Shown: positions 38,701 to 64,000 of the stretch, in pieces
Layout of the letters: each line of letters begins with the position of its first letter
How positions within the stretch are numbered: the first letter of the stretch is position 1
Assembly: GCA_030141605.1 (NCBI GenBank)
Contig: JAQGDQ010000116.1
Span: forward strand, 310,001 to 374,000
DNA from: Tubiluchus corallicola
Lineage: Eukaryota > Animalia > Priapulida
Direction: 5' to 3'
Length of the DNA: 64,000 nucleotides
Notes under the pieces: generated by a model
The model's database searches: none
The model's input: the letters and a program-made list of their open reading frames with translations, nothing else
Told to the model about the DNA's origin: nothing
Position numbers and translations under genes: made by a program

Positions 38701-41700
38701 TAGAAGATCCTGAAGGTTAGGAAATCATATTTACTTCATTTAATGCATTAATTTTTTGCATTGTGTACATTTTATTAAGAAAGTTAACTGGCATTAGTAA
38801 ATGAGACATTTTACCCTCTAAACTCATGTAAGGCTGCTTTTCAAAGTTAATGTCTATGTGGGTTTGTTTGAATAGAAAAATCTAAAGCTTCACCATTCAA
38901 CACGAGAAGTGCTTTACAATTTGCTTTTGTCATATGTCAGTATTAATTTCATTCTTAATATTTTATTTTACATGCAGCTCTTATGAAACGAAAGTCCCGC
39001 CCGCTTGGTAAGATTTTCAGTATAAAAAATGTAGTCTCAGTGCTATTTTGTATATAAAATTCTATATGGCTAACCTGTTTGAAATCTCCTACTCATAATT
39101 TATGCTTGAAACTCTGAATTTTGTAGCCGCTAGATTATGCACTGTGTGTCGCATATTATACAGACATACATTTTAAAGCAACTCACAAAATATTTCTAAT
39201 ATTTATGGCAATTCCATAACCTCTTAGGACAATGGTAACAGTTGAATGGTTTCTGCATGCATTACCATTTACTTTTAATGACCAAGGTCAAGTAATGCCA
39301 TATCTTATCAGTGAATGGGTGGGTGACAGCAGAAAAAAATACTTCTGGGTGATTTGCTCGTCTTTTACCACATTGAGGGCAGATGTAATTATATCCAAAC
39401 CACTAATGTGTATCAGTCTGTGTGTTGAAAATAAATGCTGTAGTTTACTAATCCTTTTATATGCCTCTAAAATGCTTTAAGTGTAAAAAATGCACAAACT
39501 TGCTGAAAACCTAGTGAAGCCCCACTCCTCTTTTCCGAGTTTCCACAATGCGAGTGCCTATTTTGAATTTTTCTGAATTCCCACTTAAATGCAATAATTG
39601 TTGCAACTTTTTTGTGTCTGCTTCAGTTCTCAATGTTAATTTTCAGCTCTGTTAGCAATGTCTGTATCTTTATAATATACATAATTATAACTTTGTGTTT
39701 CGTAACTTTTGTTGCAAGTTTAATGAAATAGCTATTAATATAAGTCAAATTATTTATATCACATAGTTTTGCTGTTTTTGGGTAAATATCAGAAAAGAGA
39801 TTGCAAGTTTATTCGCACATTGTACTGGAATGTCTAATCGTCACATTATATTACTTGCTTATTAGTTATTATCTTTTTTATAATAATCGTATTACAAGTA
39901 TAATGTAAATTATGACAAGCAAGAATGTTTTGGTGCTTAGGTTTAAAGTCCCAAAACTCTATATTTTGCCTTCTTTGGCCGCCATCTTTAGTGACATGTT
40001 TGCGCATAAGTACTGTAATAGGAGTGATTATAGATACTGGATATCTGAACATTCTTGCTTAGTAGATTCTTATTTTGAATTTGCCATCAATGTTAATACA
40101 TTTTCCACATGATGAGAATAGCTATTTGGCTAGGAATTTACTTTTGACAAGCTAGACTATATAGCAGTCAGTTGTTGTATTACATGAATGTTGTTCTGTT
40201 ATATTTCAGCACGTGAAACTTTCATTGAGAATGTTGAGTATGAGCCTCTGTCTCCCAAGGAATTAATTGATCCAAATTTAGGCAACTGGGTACATCATGT
40301 TCAATACATTCTACCACAGGTGAATAACTGCAGTTGATCTAGCTTTTCATTTCATATACAGTGATACCTCAAGGTACGAAATTAATTCGTTCCGGAGGGG
40401 CTTTCGTATCTTAGAATTTTCTTATTTTGTGACAAGATTTACATGTAAATGGCGTAATTCGTTCCAGCCCCAGTTGTATAAAGTATAAATATTCTACCCG
40501 TTCGTTAATATATGTTCGTTAATGACAACATAATCATTTACATAAATGTTAAAAAACAATTAGAAAATGATAAAATGAATACATAAACTTAACACTATGA
40601 TTTTTTTAATTTATTTGTTCTTCTTTGTGCATTTTGTTTTTCTACTTTTTTCTGATTTTCTTCACTGCTTTTTGCTTGTTTTGGTTCACTTTGACCTTCG
40701 CCTTCGCTGGTTGCTGGTCGTTCAGTGAAAAATCTGTCCAATGATGTTTGCCTTTGCTGACTTTTTAGAATGTTTCTGAAATGGCTCAATCAAATGTCAT
40801 TAAATTGAGCCAAGACACGATCTGTGTGAACCTTTTTTGGGGTGTTTGTTTTCAATAAAGTCTGCCACTTTGTAATAGGACGACAGAATTTCGGCTGTTC
40901 ATGTGATCGCCTCCTCTTCTAACTCCTCCTCGCTGCAGAACTGCTCCTGAATCACAGTGTGTAGCATCGCCTCCAACTCCTTCGACTCATCGGTTGTTAA
41001 CTCATCTTGGTGTGCGTCGGTGAGTTCGTCGATGTCGTCCTCGTTAAGATCGAGTCCCATGGCCTTCTTGAGCGAGACAATTTCCTCCACTTCAGGCTGA
41101 GGTTGAGGTACGGCTTTGGCTTTGCAATCTCGAGGGGCGATGCGTCAGACCACACCTTCTTCCAGGTTGCATTGAGGATGTGCCTTGTGACTTCTTGCCA
41201 AGCCAAGTCTATGAGTTTCAGGCATATCATGGTCAAAGTGTTGTTTTCAAAATTCACACAGGGTGAGCTGAGTGTTTTCCGTGATATCGAAACATCTTTT
41301 GAAGAGATGCTTTGTGTAGAGTTTCTTGAAATTAGAAATGACCTGCTGGTCCATGGGCTACATAAATGTTAAAAAACAATTAGAAAATGATAAAATGAAT
41401 ACATAAACTTAACACTATGATTTTTTTAATTTATTTGTTCTTCTTTGTGCATTTTGTTTTTCTACTTTTTTCTAATTTTCTTCACTGCTTTTTGCTTGTT
41501 TTGGTTCACTTTGACCTTCGCCTTCGCTGGTTGCTGGTCGTTTAGTGAAAAATCTGTCCAATGATGTTTGCCTTTGCTGACTTTTTAGAATGTTTCTGAA
41601 ATGGCTCAATCAAATGTCATTAAATTGAGCCAAGACACGATCTGTGTGAACCTTTTTTGGGGTGTTTGTTTTCAATAAAGTCTGCCACTTTGTAATAGGA

Positions 41701-44700
41701 CGACAGAATTTCGGTTGTTCATGTGATCGCCTTCTCTTCTAACTCCTCCTCGCTGCAGAACTGCTCCTGAATCACAGTGTGTAGCATCGCCTCCAACTCC
41801 TTCGACTCATCGGTTGTTAACTCATCTTGGTGTGCGTCGGTGAGTTCGTCGATGTCGTCCTCGTTAAGATCGAGTCCCATGGCCTTCTTGAGCGAGAAAA
41901 TTTCCTCCACTTCAGGCTGAGGTTGAGGTACGGCTTTGGCTTTGCAATCTCGAGGGGCGATGCGTAAGACCACAGCTTCTTCCAGGTTGCATTGAGGATG
42001 CGCCTTGTGACTTCTTGCCAAGCCAAGTCTATGAGTTTCAGGCATATCATGGTCAAAGTGTTGTTTTCAAAATTCACAGAGGGTGAGCTGAGTGTTTTCC
42101 GTGATATCGAAACATCTTTTGAAGAGATGCTTTGTGTAGAGTTTCTTGAAATTAGAAATGACCTGCTGGTCCATGGGCTGGAGGAGAGGGGTGGTGTTGG
42201 GAGGAAGGTATAGGAAGGAGAACTCTTCGAGGATATTATTCTCGAGACCAGGGGGGTGCGCGGGGGCGTTATCGAAGATCAGCAGACATTTCATTGGGAG
42301 CTTGTTCTCCTCTAAATATTTCTTTACAGCTGGACCAAAGGTGAAGTTCACCCACTCAACAAAAAATTGTCTCGTAACCCACGCCTTCGTGTTCGCCCTC
42401 CACATGACTTGAAGTGGTTCTTTCAAAATTTTATGTGTCTTGAAGGCTCAAGGCTCCGAGTGGTATACCAGCAGGGCCTTGACTTTACAATCCTTGATTT
42501 TACTGGCATTGGCTCATAGGGCAAGGCTAAGGTGGTCCTTCAAAGGCTTATGCCCTGGCAGTCTCTTCTCCTCGGCAGTTATGTACGTCCGACGAGGCAT
42601 CTTCTTCCAGAAGAGACCTGTTTCATTGCAGTTGAAGACTTGCTGTGGGATGTAACCTTTGTCAAGGACTAATTCTTCGAATTTCTTGACGAACTCTTCA
42701 GCTGCTTTGGCGTCCGAACTGGCAGCTTCCTCATGACGCACCACTGAATGGATTCCAGTCCGTCGCTTAAGCTTATCAAACCACCCGTGGGATGCTTTGA
42801 ACTCTGGGGGTGCCCGCTGCTCAGAAGTGCCCTCTCCTCCGTCCTCCTTCACGAGTTCACTGAAAATGGTGCTCGCCTTTTGGCAAATGATCATTTCGGA
42901 CACAGTATCTCTGGCGAGTTGCTTCTCCTTTATCCACAGGAGAAGTCTCTCCATCTCGTCGTTTAGATGAGTCCTTTTACAGGAAAGGGCCGTCACGCCC
43001 TTCGAAGGCTTTGCGGCTTTAATGGCGTCCTTTTGTTTTCAGTATTGTTGCGATCGTCGAAGGATTTTGCTCATACTTCCTTGCAATAGCACTTAAACGC
43101 ATGCCGCTTTCATATTTAGCTATAATTTCAAGCTTTGTTTCCATTGACATCATCCTTTTCTTCTTGTCACTACCACTGGCACTTGCTTTATTTGGACTCA
43201 TGTTATTGAATGCGAATTAACACAAATTCACTCCAGATACACAGCACAAAAACACAAGACAATGGACAAGACAATTGAATTGTCTGGGAGGACCACTGTC
43301 GGGCGGCACTTTGATTTTCATTTTCGTATCTTGAATATTTTTTCGTTAAATGAGACGGAAATTTCTTCGAAGCCCGATTCGTATTATGAATTTTTCGTAT
43401 AATAGGGTTTTCGTAAGTGGAGGTTCCACGGTATATATATATATATATATACCGTGCATACATACACACATACATACATATATACTATACATACATATTA
43501 TTATATATATATATATATATATATGAATTATGATTGTATATGAATAGCTTCAGAATTTGAAGGCAGTGCTGACATGTTTTATGTTTGTTAATATTTTTCT
43601 TTTAAACAATAAAAGAATTCTTTAAAATATAATTGTTTTGATAGTTGACTTCAAAGGCGTTTTCGAATAGTCAGCGTATTTTTATATATTGCCAGTGTGG
43701 TTAAACATACATTCTATTTTACACAGCCTCCAAGTTGATTGCTTTCCTCAGCTCATTTTTTGTTTAGTAGGTTTACTAGTTCAAAAACTGAACAAGTCTT
43801 TCTAAAGAAAAAATAAAATTTTTTTGAGATTTATGAGCATTTTAACTTCTTCTTTTACGATTATGGAACTGCACTCTCTTTTTGTGTAATACGTACAGGG
43901 TCGCTGTATATGGTACAATCCTCAACAGAAAGACGAAGACGAATTTGAGGAAGAGGAATTTGATGAAGATGCAGAATTTCCTGATGAAGCCATTCCCGAA
44001 GTTGGACCTCCTCTTCTTACACCGCTTTCAGAGGATGCAGGTACACCAAAAAAAATTTTGACATCACATTTGAATACGATTTCATCTAAGCTTTTCTATA
44101 TTAAAAGAAACTGAAAATTTTATCTTTCTGCCTTTTTTAGTATCATGTAATGGTGTTCTACATTTAAGAGAATTAGGCCAACATATTTAATGTAAGAATT
44201 GTATGACTATTGTGCTTGTGGCTATCTTCAAAGCTGTTAGTTACTCAAAAATTTTCATTAATTTTTTCGTTAAAATTTTCGTTAATTCAAGTTAATTTTC
44301 ATTGATGTATTGTATATTTATTTAATGCATCATATTAAAATTAGGTTGATTAGTTAATAATATTTTTGTAGAATTTCATGGGATGATGCCATGGCGGGCT
44401 TCCCTTGCATCTGAGACATTTCCAGAATTTGGTATTGCAGTTCTAAGATCAAATTTATGGCCAGGAGCATGTACAGTTTCAAATGGCAAGTACGTATTTC
44501 GATTGGTAATTTTCTTTTTTGTCTTACTTTCAGGCATATAAATTTGAATAAATAATATTGTTTTATAACAAGTGCTTGAATCATAAATATTGCTTTCTAT
44601 GTTAATAATATTTTCTTCAAAAATTTTAACAAAATATTTGTGTCACAGGGCTTGGGCTTCTTGGAGGTAAGAGAAGAGCAGATTTTAGAAATGGTTTAAC

Positions 44701-46215
44701 AACCTTTTTCTCGCTACTTAGGCAATTATGTATAATTGCCTATACTGTTGAAAAGGCTGATGGGTCTTTGACTAAGTGTGTTCATGTTTAGCAGACAGTG
44801 GTTTGTCAAGTTTTGCGTGAAATGCATGAAACCAAGTCTTTCTAGACTTGGCAGTTTTGCTTTTGAGAAGTAGTAAACTTTATACTTTTCGGATGATAGT
44901 AAGAAGTAATAATGTTTGCACTTTTGAGGTGATAGCAATGTAGTCTATATATCAAATAGAGAAAGTGCATGGAACAAATCAAAGAAATCAAATCATGCTT
45001 TATTAGGCTTTTGGGTTACACTGAACCTTCAACATAGCACCTCAGTCAACAGCCAACTAACACACAACAATATTGTGGGTCCAGTCAGGCCCCGAAACCT
45101 AATGTTACTTGGAAACTTTTGAGTTTCCAAAGTGCTAATGACCACTTCCTTTACACAGTGATTTCCTTGAGGCAGTAATATAATAACTTACTTGATAATA
45201 TGGTTTAATATGATAATAACGTTACTTGATAACACGAACATGAAACTTTCTGTAATTAATGACGAAACAGTGCTAACGTGTAAAATTTAATAATGTCAGT
45301 ATTATGAGATAACGCTAATCTTGGTATGTTTTTCTCATTAGTGCCAAATCAGTTATTAAAAAAACGTGGCTTTTCGATATTCCTATTCTGGTCGCTTCTC
45401 TCACCTAATGATAACAAAAAATCCAATTCATTCTTCGTTGTAAGAGGCTGAACAAACAATATGTAGTTTTCATCTATATTTTTAAACATTTGTTCTTTCT
45501 TATATGAATTAGAAGATAATTTCATACATGATCTATTTCATATATTTTGTACTTTAGCCTGTAATGTCTTTTTCAGAATGTTTGAAAATATTTACATTGG
45601 GACAGGACAAAAGTACGGCCCTGAAAATTATAGTCCTCCCGCTATGCCATCCCTACAACAAGAGTATCCATTAGGAATAGAGGTTTGTCATGTTTAATTT
45701 TAAATGTTGATGCGTGTTTGCACCCTATGTTAGAAATTCGTTCTGTGCATATTTTTTGATATTGCCTTATGTGATCTAAACTCACAGATGTAAGGTGGTG
45801 TGGATTTAGTGAGAAACTATTCAAGCACACTATTCTATTACCCCACTTTCTAGTTTCTAGGATTAACCTAGTTCCTAGGCTGGTCAGATACATATGCTCA
45901 TCGAGGACCATTTTTTCTTGTGTGTGATAGTCAACTTTAATTTTAGCTCGTTTTTGTGAAAACGTTCTATTTTTTTGATCAATGCAAACTTTTTTACAAT
46001 TATTATTGTATGGATGCTTTATTCCATTTAGCCTGTTGTAGTCACTATGTAGTGTTTTTGCTGAAGACACGATTGTGCTTTAACGATATATGGTACATTT
46101 CTAGGTCACTGAAATTGACGATCCTACAGTAGAAGAGGAAGCTGCACTAAAAGCTGCTCAATTAGAAGCAGAAGAAGAGGAAGAAGAAGAAGAAGAGGAG
46201 GAAGAAGATGTGTAA
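32796..46215 (+). CDS. RSPH4A: Radial spoke head protein 4/6 homolog
   Basis: 13 exons: 32796-32860, 33381-33570, 33823-34004, 34347-34437, 36156-36204, 36630-36749, 37949-38046, 38574-38715, 40210-40319, 43899-44040, 44372-44489, 45577-45682, 46105-46215. Motifs [132 protein letters not shown], acidic tail. Start codon tentative (frame open back to the acceptor at 32749); co-ortholog of RSPH4A/RSPH6A. Confidence 0.95.
34837..35383. repeat. Diverged tandem duplication (~260-bp unit, 2 copies) with internal hairpin, probably MITE-derived
   Basis: AGTTA(T/C)TCTCGACACTT...GAAGTAAGTGTC...AGTAACTC(A/G)CAGCAA...GAGTTACTTGGC...GCCATTAGG...TTAGAACAGT...AGTAAGGGA...GAAATAC occurs at ~34837-35082 and again at ~35097-35383. 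Confidence 0.75.
37296..37905. mobile_element. hAT-type MITE (610 bp) in RSPH4/6 intron 6
   Basis: TIR CAGTGGTATAGCA / TGCTATGCCTCTG (11/13); perfect 8-bp TSD CTGCACAA (37288-37295, 37906-37913). Confidence 0.85.
39278..39450 (+). mobile_element. Second, more degenerate 5S-derived SINE-like relic
   Basis: ATGACCAAGGTCAAGTAATGCCA...GGGTGGGTGACAGCAGAAAA resembles the 18170-18353 copy and the 5S box A / box C region. Confidence 0.35.
40359..43431 (-). mobile_element. Tigger/pogo DNA transposon (TIGD1-like transposase pseudogene) in RSPH4/6 intron 9
   Basis: TA TSD; TIRs CAGTGATACCTCAAGGTACGAA versus (reverse complement) CCGTGGAACCTCCACTTACGAA, 16/22. Frameshifted ORF from ATG 43201: CENP-B-type HTH ([19 protein letters not shown]...STIATILK), [16 protein letters not shown]_1 motifs [15 protein letters not shown] (first D is N), [27 protein letters not shown]. 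Confidence 0.95.
40540..42179. repeat. 820-bp direct tandem duplication inside the Tigger
   Basis: 40540-41359 is repeated at 41360-42179 with about 9 substitutions counted by eye and no indels. Confidence 0.95.
43432..43523. repeat. (TA)n/(TACA)n microsatellite at the Tigger TA target site
   Basis: The tatatata... run begins immediately at the right TSD. Confidence 0.9.
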
Positions 46216-48279
46216 TTTATTTGTAATTTATATAAGCTGTGATGATATAAATAAATTTATAGTAACAAAATATCACAGTTTTGGCTTTATGATACATTTA
46301 TGAGATTTTTCTGTTTAGTAGACTGCAATTTTGTTCCTGCTACTATGCTACTGGATGGTGTTGGAAATTTCAGACTGTTAGAAATTTTGTCACAACTAGG
46401 CTTTAATGCCACAAACTGTAAGCTTGTATTTTTATTGGGTTCTAGTCCTTGAAATGGCAAATCTTTGCTTGAAACACCTTCAAGAAACATAAATCAAGAA
46501 ACGTAACTTTAATTCTTGTTCATAACTGTTGACTGCTGCTTATGCTGTAGTTTCTACACACAGGGCCAGCCTTAGTCCAACTTGACCAATTTCTCCCAAC
46601 CTTGATCTATTTTCATTTTGGCTCTTTCTGTCATATCAGTACATTGTAAAGAGTGATCGCTGTCAGTTTTTTTTGTTATCAGTTATTAGCAAGTTATTGC
46701 CATCAGCTGTAAGCTACTGCGACTATTACTTGAGCATTCTAAAAGACAATTTCTAAATTTACGTAGTAAAGCACATCATTTATACTCCATAGACATCATT
46801 ATTTTTACTGCTTTGCTTGAAATAATATGCATGACCTGTGTTGTGAGATGAGCACAAGTCCTAAAAGCAATGCACTCAATACACATGACAAAAAATGAAT
46901 TATTTCTGTTGTGCTACACATTTGTTTTAATGAAAAGCTGACTCTACTTATTTTAACATTGTGCATAACTTATTTTGCAACATGATTAAATAGTAAGGTC
47001 ATGAATTTCAAGGTCTGCTTCACCTGTATTTATTAAGTGCATGGCATGTTGGATCCTTATTTAAATAAGACTATTTAGAATCTGCAATGCACTTTTTTAA
47101 ACACAGATTTTAAGCCTATAAGTGTCTACTGCAGACTTTAGCTGCGAACTTTGGTTCTGCCAAAATTATTTCCGGTAGGTCTCCTAAGGCACCTCTGTGG
47201 CCTGTTTGCTAAGTGCCGTAGAGAGCATTGTGCATAAGGGCAACCTGGGCAAGACATACTAAGCATGCCTAACGTCAAAATAAGATTATATAGAGGCTAA
47301 ATGTGCAAATCTAAAATAACAGATAAAGGCAATCAATTGGATTTGGCTAATGCAAAAAAAGTTGTAATAATGCACAGAATACTGAAAATAGCGTTGAGCA
47401 CAACATTACCGAAATATTAATCTGGTACAATTAGCCCATGTGTGAACAGACCTTTAGGTATTATTGCACTCTTGGGGTTCGAGCTGTGTGGACGTAATTT
47501 GTGTCTCCTGATTTAAATTCATTGAACTCTTTGATGATATAAATTATATATATTGTGTTCCAGCATATAACATTGCAAAGAGATAAAAATAAGCCTGCCA
47601 GGCCACCACTTCTTAGATACTGAACAGCCACTTAAAACTCCAGTTTTCCTCATACTTCTTATCTGTGAAAAATTGTACTTTAACATTGTTATTCTGTTAA
47701 CTTAACCTCATTTTTATAACAACATCAACAGGCACTGCCACCAGCAAGTATGTCCCTATACATTCTATTTTTAACATGCATTTATATCCTCACTTGATCA
47801 CTGCAGTGTTTTTCAGTTGTGTTGCCACTGGCCTTGCTCTGAGCACTCTGTAAGAGCAAGGTATGTATGCTTAATCTGTTAGATAGCAAAAGATGATGGC
47901 ACACAGTATGGCATAAGTTTCAGTCCCAAGAAATGTGTTTCATTGTTATTAGCAGAAATGACATTCAAGAAGATGGGCAAGTCAGGTTATCTGGATTCGA
48001 AATAAAAAAAGGCATCGAAAGAGAAATACATGTATCCAGGAATGTTGCTTAGAGAAACTGAAAATAAAAACGGCTAGAAAGAAAAAATTCCAGATTCGAG
48101 AAGAGCTGGCTGATCATGTGGAAGAACCAGGTGGAAAGCAGTGATTATGCCTTAGATTATGTTTAATCGTGTTGGGAGGAACTTTTACAAAAAATAAGAT
48201 ATTATGATATAGTTTACATGATTCCTTGCAAGATGGATTTGGAAAACTAATGGTCACTGTGGAGCTACAGTACGTGGTC

Positions 48280-49950
48280 AGGTTGGTTTTTTGTCTTTTT
48301 AGGAAAGACAGGCCATCCAGAATCACTAAATGAATGGTGGGAGATTGATCAAGAGAGTAATTTCATTTGTAGAATGATTCCATATTGGTCTGAAGGACGG
48401 GACCTTTCTAGTACACAAATTTAATTTATCAGTGTATGAGAACATTCTAGCATTGGGTAATTTATAGCATGATGGAATGGACAGAGTAGCTGATATAAAG
48501 CTCTCTGAAAAAGACTGGGATAATTTGATTAAACAAAAGGTTTGCAATTTTGACAAAATAGGTTATTCTTTACTGTCATTAGGTATATATGGAATAAACC
48601 AAAGCCCTACTACAAAACCAGGATGAATAACACTATGTGACTCAGAACAGAAGATAAAAGCACTAGACGTGAATGGGAATCCTTTGTATAAATGGAGTTT
48701 AAATGTCGTCATTTAAATGACGAACGATAGGAACAATAAATCTGGTTCAGAGTTAGAAAATTCAGAGCACATTCTTTTGCAGTGCTTTCTCTCCTAAAAT
48801 GAAAGAATGGTCTTGTGATGAGTTTCTGATGATGACCAAATAAATTGGGATTTATTTCAAAATACTAATACAGATAAAAAATACTCAGTGATATAATGAA
48901 AAAGTGTCTCAATCCTACCTGTTCACCTTGTTACAAAAAAGTTTGAAACCCGGAGTTCAACTGTCTAGTGTTCTACTTATTTTCTATCATTATTTTCTAA
49001 CACCCAGAATGCAAAGAGTAGTTTTAAATGGTGCAACCACTTCCTGGAGAAATGTAACCAATGGTATTCCTCAAGGGACTACCTTACTGTTTTCTTATTT
49101 TTATCAATGATGTTACTGATTGTGTATCCCCTGACACACCTATACGCACGTATACCACACTGTTTGTTGATGATATAAAACCTTACCGTCCAATTAGAAA
49201 TTCCTCTGATCAAGAGACCTTACAAGCTGACCTGCCTGAAATTGAGTGGTAGTGTGACAACTGGTTAATGTCCCTCAAACGTAGTAAATGCACCGCACTT
49301 CGTATTCGTTCTACTTCTGCAATACATTATTATCTGAGAGATAGTGTTATTGAAGAAAAATCAGTTGTACGTGATTTAGGCGTATTAATCTCAAACAACC
49401 TGAAGTGGAATTCGCATATTATTTCTCAGGCCAATAGACGCATTGGAATGATAAAACGCTGCATTTCATCACGTAATGCAAAAGTTATTGTACTTCTTTA
49501 TAAAGCTATAGGTAGGCCCATACTACAATATGCGCGCGTTGTCTGGTCACCACAGTATGTTACTCTTAAAAATGCTTTAGAAAAAACTCAATGGAGATTT
49601 ATTAGTGTGGCCTCTGATATTCAATTTGACTCTGTGTCGTCTCTTGAGCAACATCGTGATACTATAGATCTTATTAACTGTTAAAAAGTCATTAGTGGTA
49701 GTTCTATTTTGCATAGTGACAACTGACAATTTTTTTTCTAGACCACTAAGTGATTTACCTGGACACAATTCTAAATTATTTGTACAGTACTCTCGCACTA
49801 ATATCAGAGCTCATTTCTTCTCTTATCGTGTTGTGGGCCCTTGGAGTTCATTTAATAGTGAAACAGTTGACGCACAAATCTGCCACAATTTCTGAAATTG
49901 TTGAGGAGAGACCGTCAATAACCGTGTTGCGGTTAGGTCTCTTAGACTTC
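48280..49950 (+). mobile_element. CR1-group LINE remnant (RT C-terminal half; possible endonuclease relic upstream)
   Basis: FLTPRMQRVVLNG..TSWRNVTNGIPQGT, FLIFIND, LFVDDIK (YADD-like), LQADL, VRDLGVLISNNLKWNSHI, LYKAIGRPILQYARVVWSP, RAHFFSYRVVGPW, with stops and frameshifts. GFCLFRKDR near 48290 resembles an APE endonuclease motif (weaker; may be a separate piece). Confidence 0.85.
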
Positions 49951-50155
49951 GCAAGCAAGTACTGTCTAGCAGACGAATTCTACCGGAAGTTGTCAACTCA
50001 CCCACGCTACATATCCGATGTGGTGTCGCTGTAACTGCGGCATCCATCTTGATTTTTTCGTAGTAGTATTTCGCTTAATCGTAGACCTTTAATTTTTAGA
50101 TACTTTATTAAGAAAAGTTTATATCAGTTATCTTGAACTGTAGCAAAGGTAGCTG

Positions 50156-50318
50156 TCAGTTGGCAGTTGTTAGAATATTTTAAATTACTTGATTCGCATA
50201 TCAAGAACAGTGTACAGTAGAGTTTCAGTCGACAATTGGTCGCAGAACTAGTATCAAGAGGAACTAATAAAATGAGTGAATACGCAAAAATGTAACTACA
50301 TGTACTAGAAAGGTGTGG
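50156..50318 (+). other. Probable non-coding first exon / TSS region of MARK
   Basis: Inr-like TCAGTT (50156) and TCAGTC (50225), strong donor GTAAGT at 50319, matching acceptor TTTTATAG ending at 51651 before the ATG exon. Inferred without transcript data. Confidence 0.4.
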
Positions 50319-51907
50319 GTAAGTGTGTATGTTCCCGTGTCGGGATCCATATTGAATATAAGTGCACTTTCTGCATTTTAATTTTAGAAAACTTTAACTT
50401 CATAAAACTTAACTTTAGCCAGGGTTTTTCTTTTGGAAAACTAAGCTTGTTTATTCTCACTAACATTTAATTTAAATGCATTTATCCATTAATTTAATGT
50501 ACATGAAATGTCACAGAGAATTTCTGTCATCTGCTGTGACATAAATGTAAGTTGAAGTAATTGACGTTGTACCACATTTGTTTAAGCTAAATGTTTTTTA
50601 ATCTAAATGCTTTCTACTTTGAATTTATGAACTTCAAACATTATTTGCTAAGCCGCTTTATAACTATCTTTAATTCGTACACATTCACTTTCTTAAGCCT
50701 GCTAGCATTGCACATAGGTTGGCCACAGAAAGAACTGGCAGGCATTCCTTACTAGAACATGCAACCTTTCAATGCCTAATTTTCAACAAATAAATTTGTA
50801 ATAAAATCATCTAGATTAACATAAATTATATTTTCTAAAATGACAGTTCCACTTTTCCTGAAAAACTAAGTTTTATCAGACTGGTAAATGACGTAAGAAA
50901 ATTACAAATTGGCGAGAATGTAGATTTTTCATTTGTGGGCACTCACAGATTAAAATGCTTTTGTCTCACTAGCAGTGTGCATAAGGCTTGGCTGGTCATT
51001 CGAGGTTTTTTTATTGTCACCAGGTACTCTGAAGTAAGAACTAGGACAAATTTTGATAAAATCAATTTTACATTAATTAATGAGCTACTGGATTTGCAAA
51101 ATTGAACCTGGATTTTAAATTCCTTAGAGTAGCTTTTGTTGTTTAGGGTATTGTGCTGGTTAGTCCAAATCAGGATGCCTGATTGCCCATCTGAGGATAT
51201 TTATAGGTCAGTAAAAGGAAAGTAGAGGCAACAGTTCACACTGTTGGGCATGATAACACATTTTTTTACTTTGCGAACAAATCATTTATCTCCGTATTAT
51301 TTATAAATGCCCAGTGCCACCTCATAACTGTGTTGTTCATTTACAAAGGTTTTTATGAAAATGATCTACTTATGGATATGAGAGGCTTGCCACTTTTCTA
51401 TGACTGCTATGTGTAATTTGTTCACTAAATTCTGAACACATTTAAGTCATTGTTTAAAACTGTATAACTGGTTTCCTTTAAATTGGTTGTATATTACTTT
51501 TTGATCACTGTTTTGGCATCATGCTTTGTAGGTTAAGAACTGCTTTTATGACACAGGGGCATGTTTTGGATTTCTAATTTTTTAATTACTGATAATTAAA
51601 TTGTTGTTAAAGCATTAAAATCTATTAATGATATATTTGTATATTTTATAGGTTATGTGAGCTTCACTTACTCGAGCCTAGTCATTTTAGGACCAGTGTA
51701 CGGCGTGTAGTTTGTCAGTTTTTGTATGTTTAAGAAGTTACCCTACAATAATTGAATTTTGGTGAGCACTGAAAACTAAAAGTGGCGACTGTTATATTAA
51801 ACTATCGACAAATACCATTCAGTCCACCCTACATATTAGAGAATTGGGGAAATTAGTGTTGGATCTCCACTCTGGCTTCCATCGTGGCGACTGCTAAGAC
51901 AAGCAAG

Positions 51908-64000
<12,093 letters not shown>

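Noticed and set aside
41007-42966. Plus-strand ORFs within the Tigger
   Set aside because: Antisense shadows of the GC-rich transposase with no independent coding signal.

Overview
AT-rich eukaryotic (metazoan, probably protostome invertebrate) genomic DNA with short GT-AG introns; no prokaryotic features or CRISPR arrays. Six spliced protein-coding genes were reconstructed by hand: the 3' end of the formin DAAM (+, to 1941), a small MRPL33 (-, 4333-6621) not recognisable from the ORF track, TMED10 (+), Salvador/SAV1 (-), RSPH4/6 (+, with an upstream RFX X-box) and the 5' part of the kinase MARK/Par-1 (+, runs off the window). Introns and intergenic DNA hold many transposon relics: two Tigger/pogo elements (one GC-rich, with an internal 820-bp tandem duplication), an internally deleted hAT and three hAT MITEs with 8-bp TSDs, two copies of a TTAA-flanked Kolobok-like element, LINE remnants and 5S-derived SINE-like fragments. 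I found no evidence for a wholly new biological system. The best leads are the hidden MRPL33, a PDZ-binding motif at the Salvador C-terminus, apparent deep linkage of these genes, a possible horizontally acquired Tigger, and tandem duplications at transposon ends. All coordinates were read by eye and may be off by a few bases.
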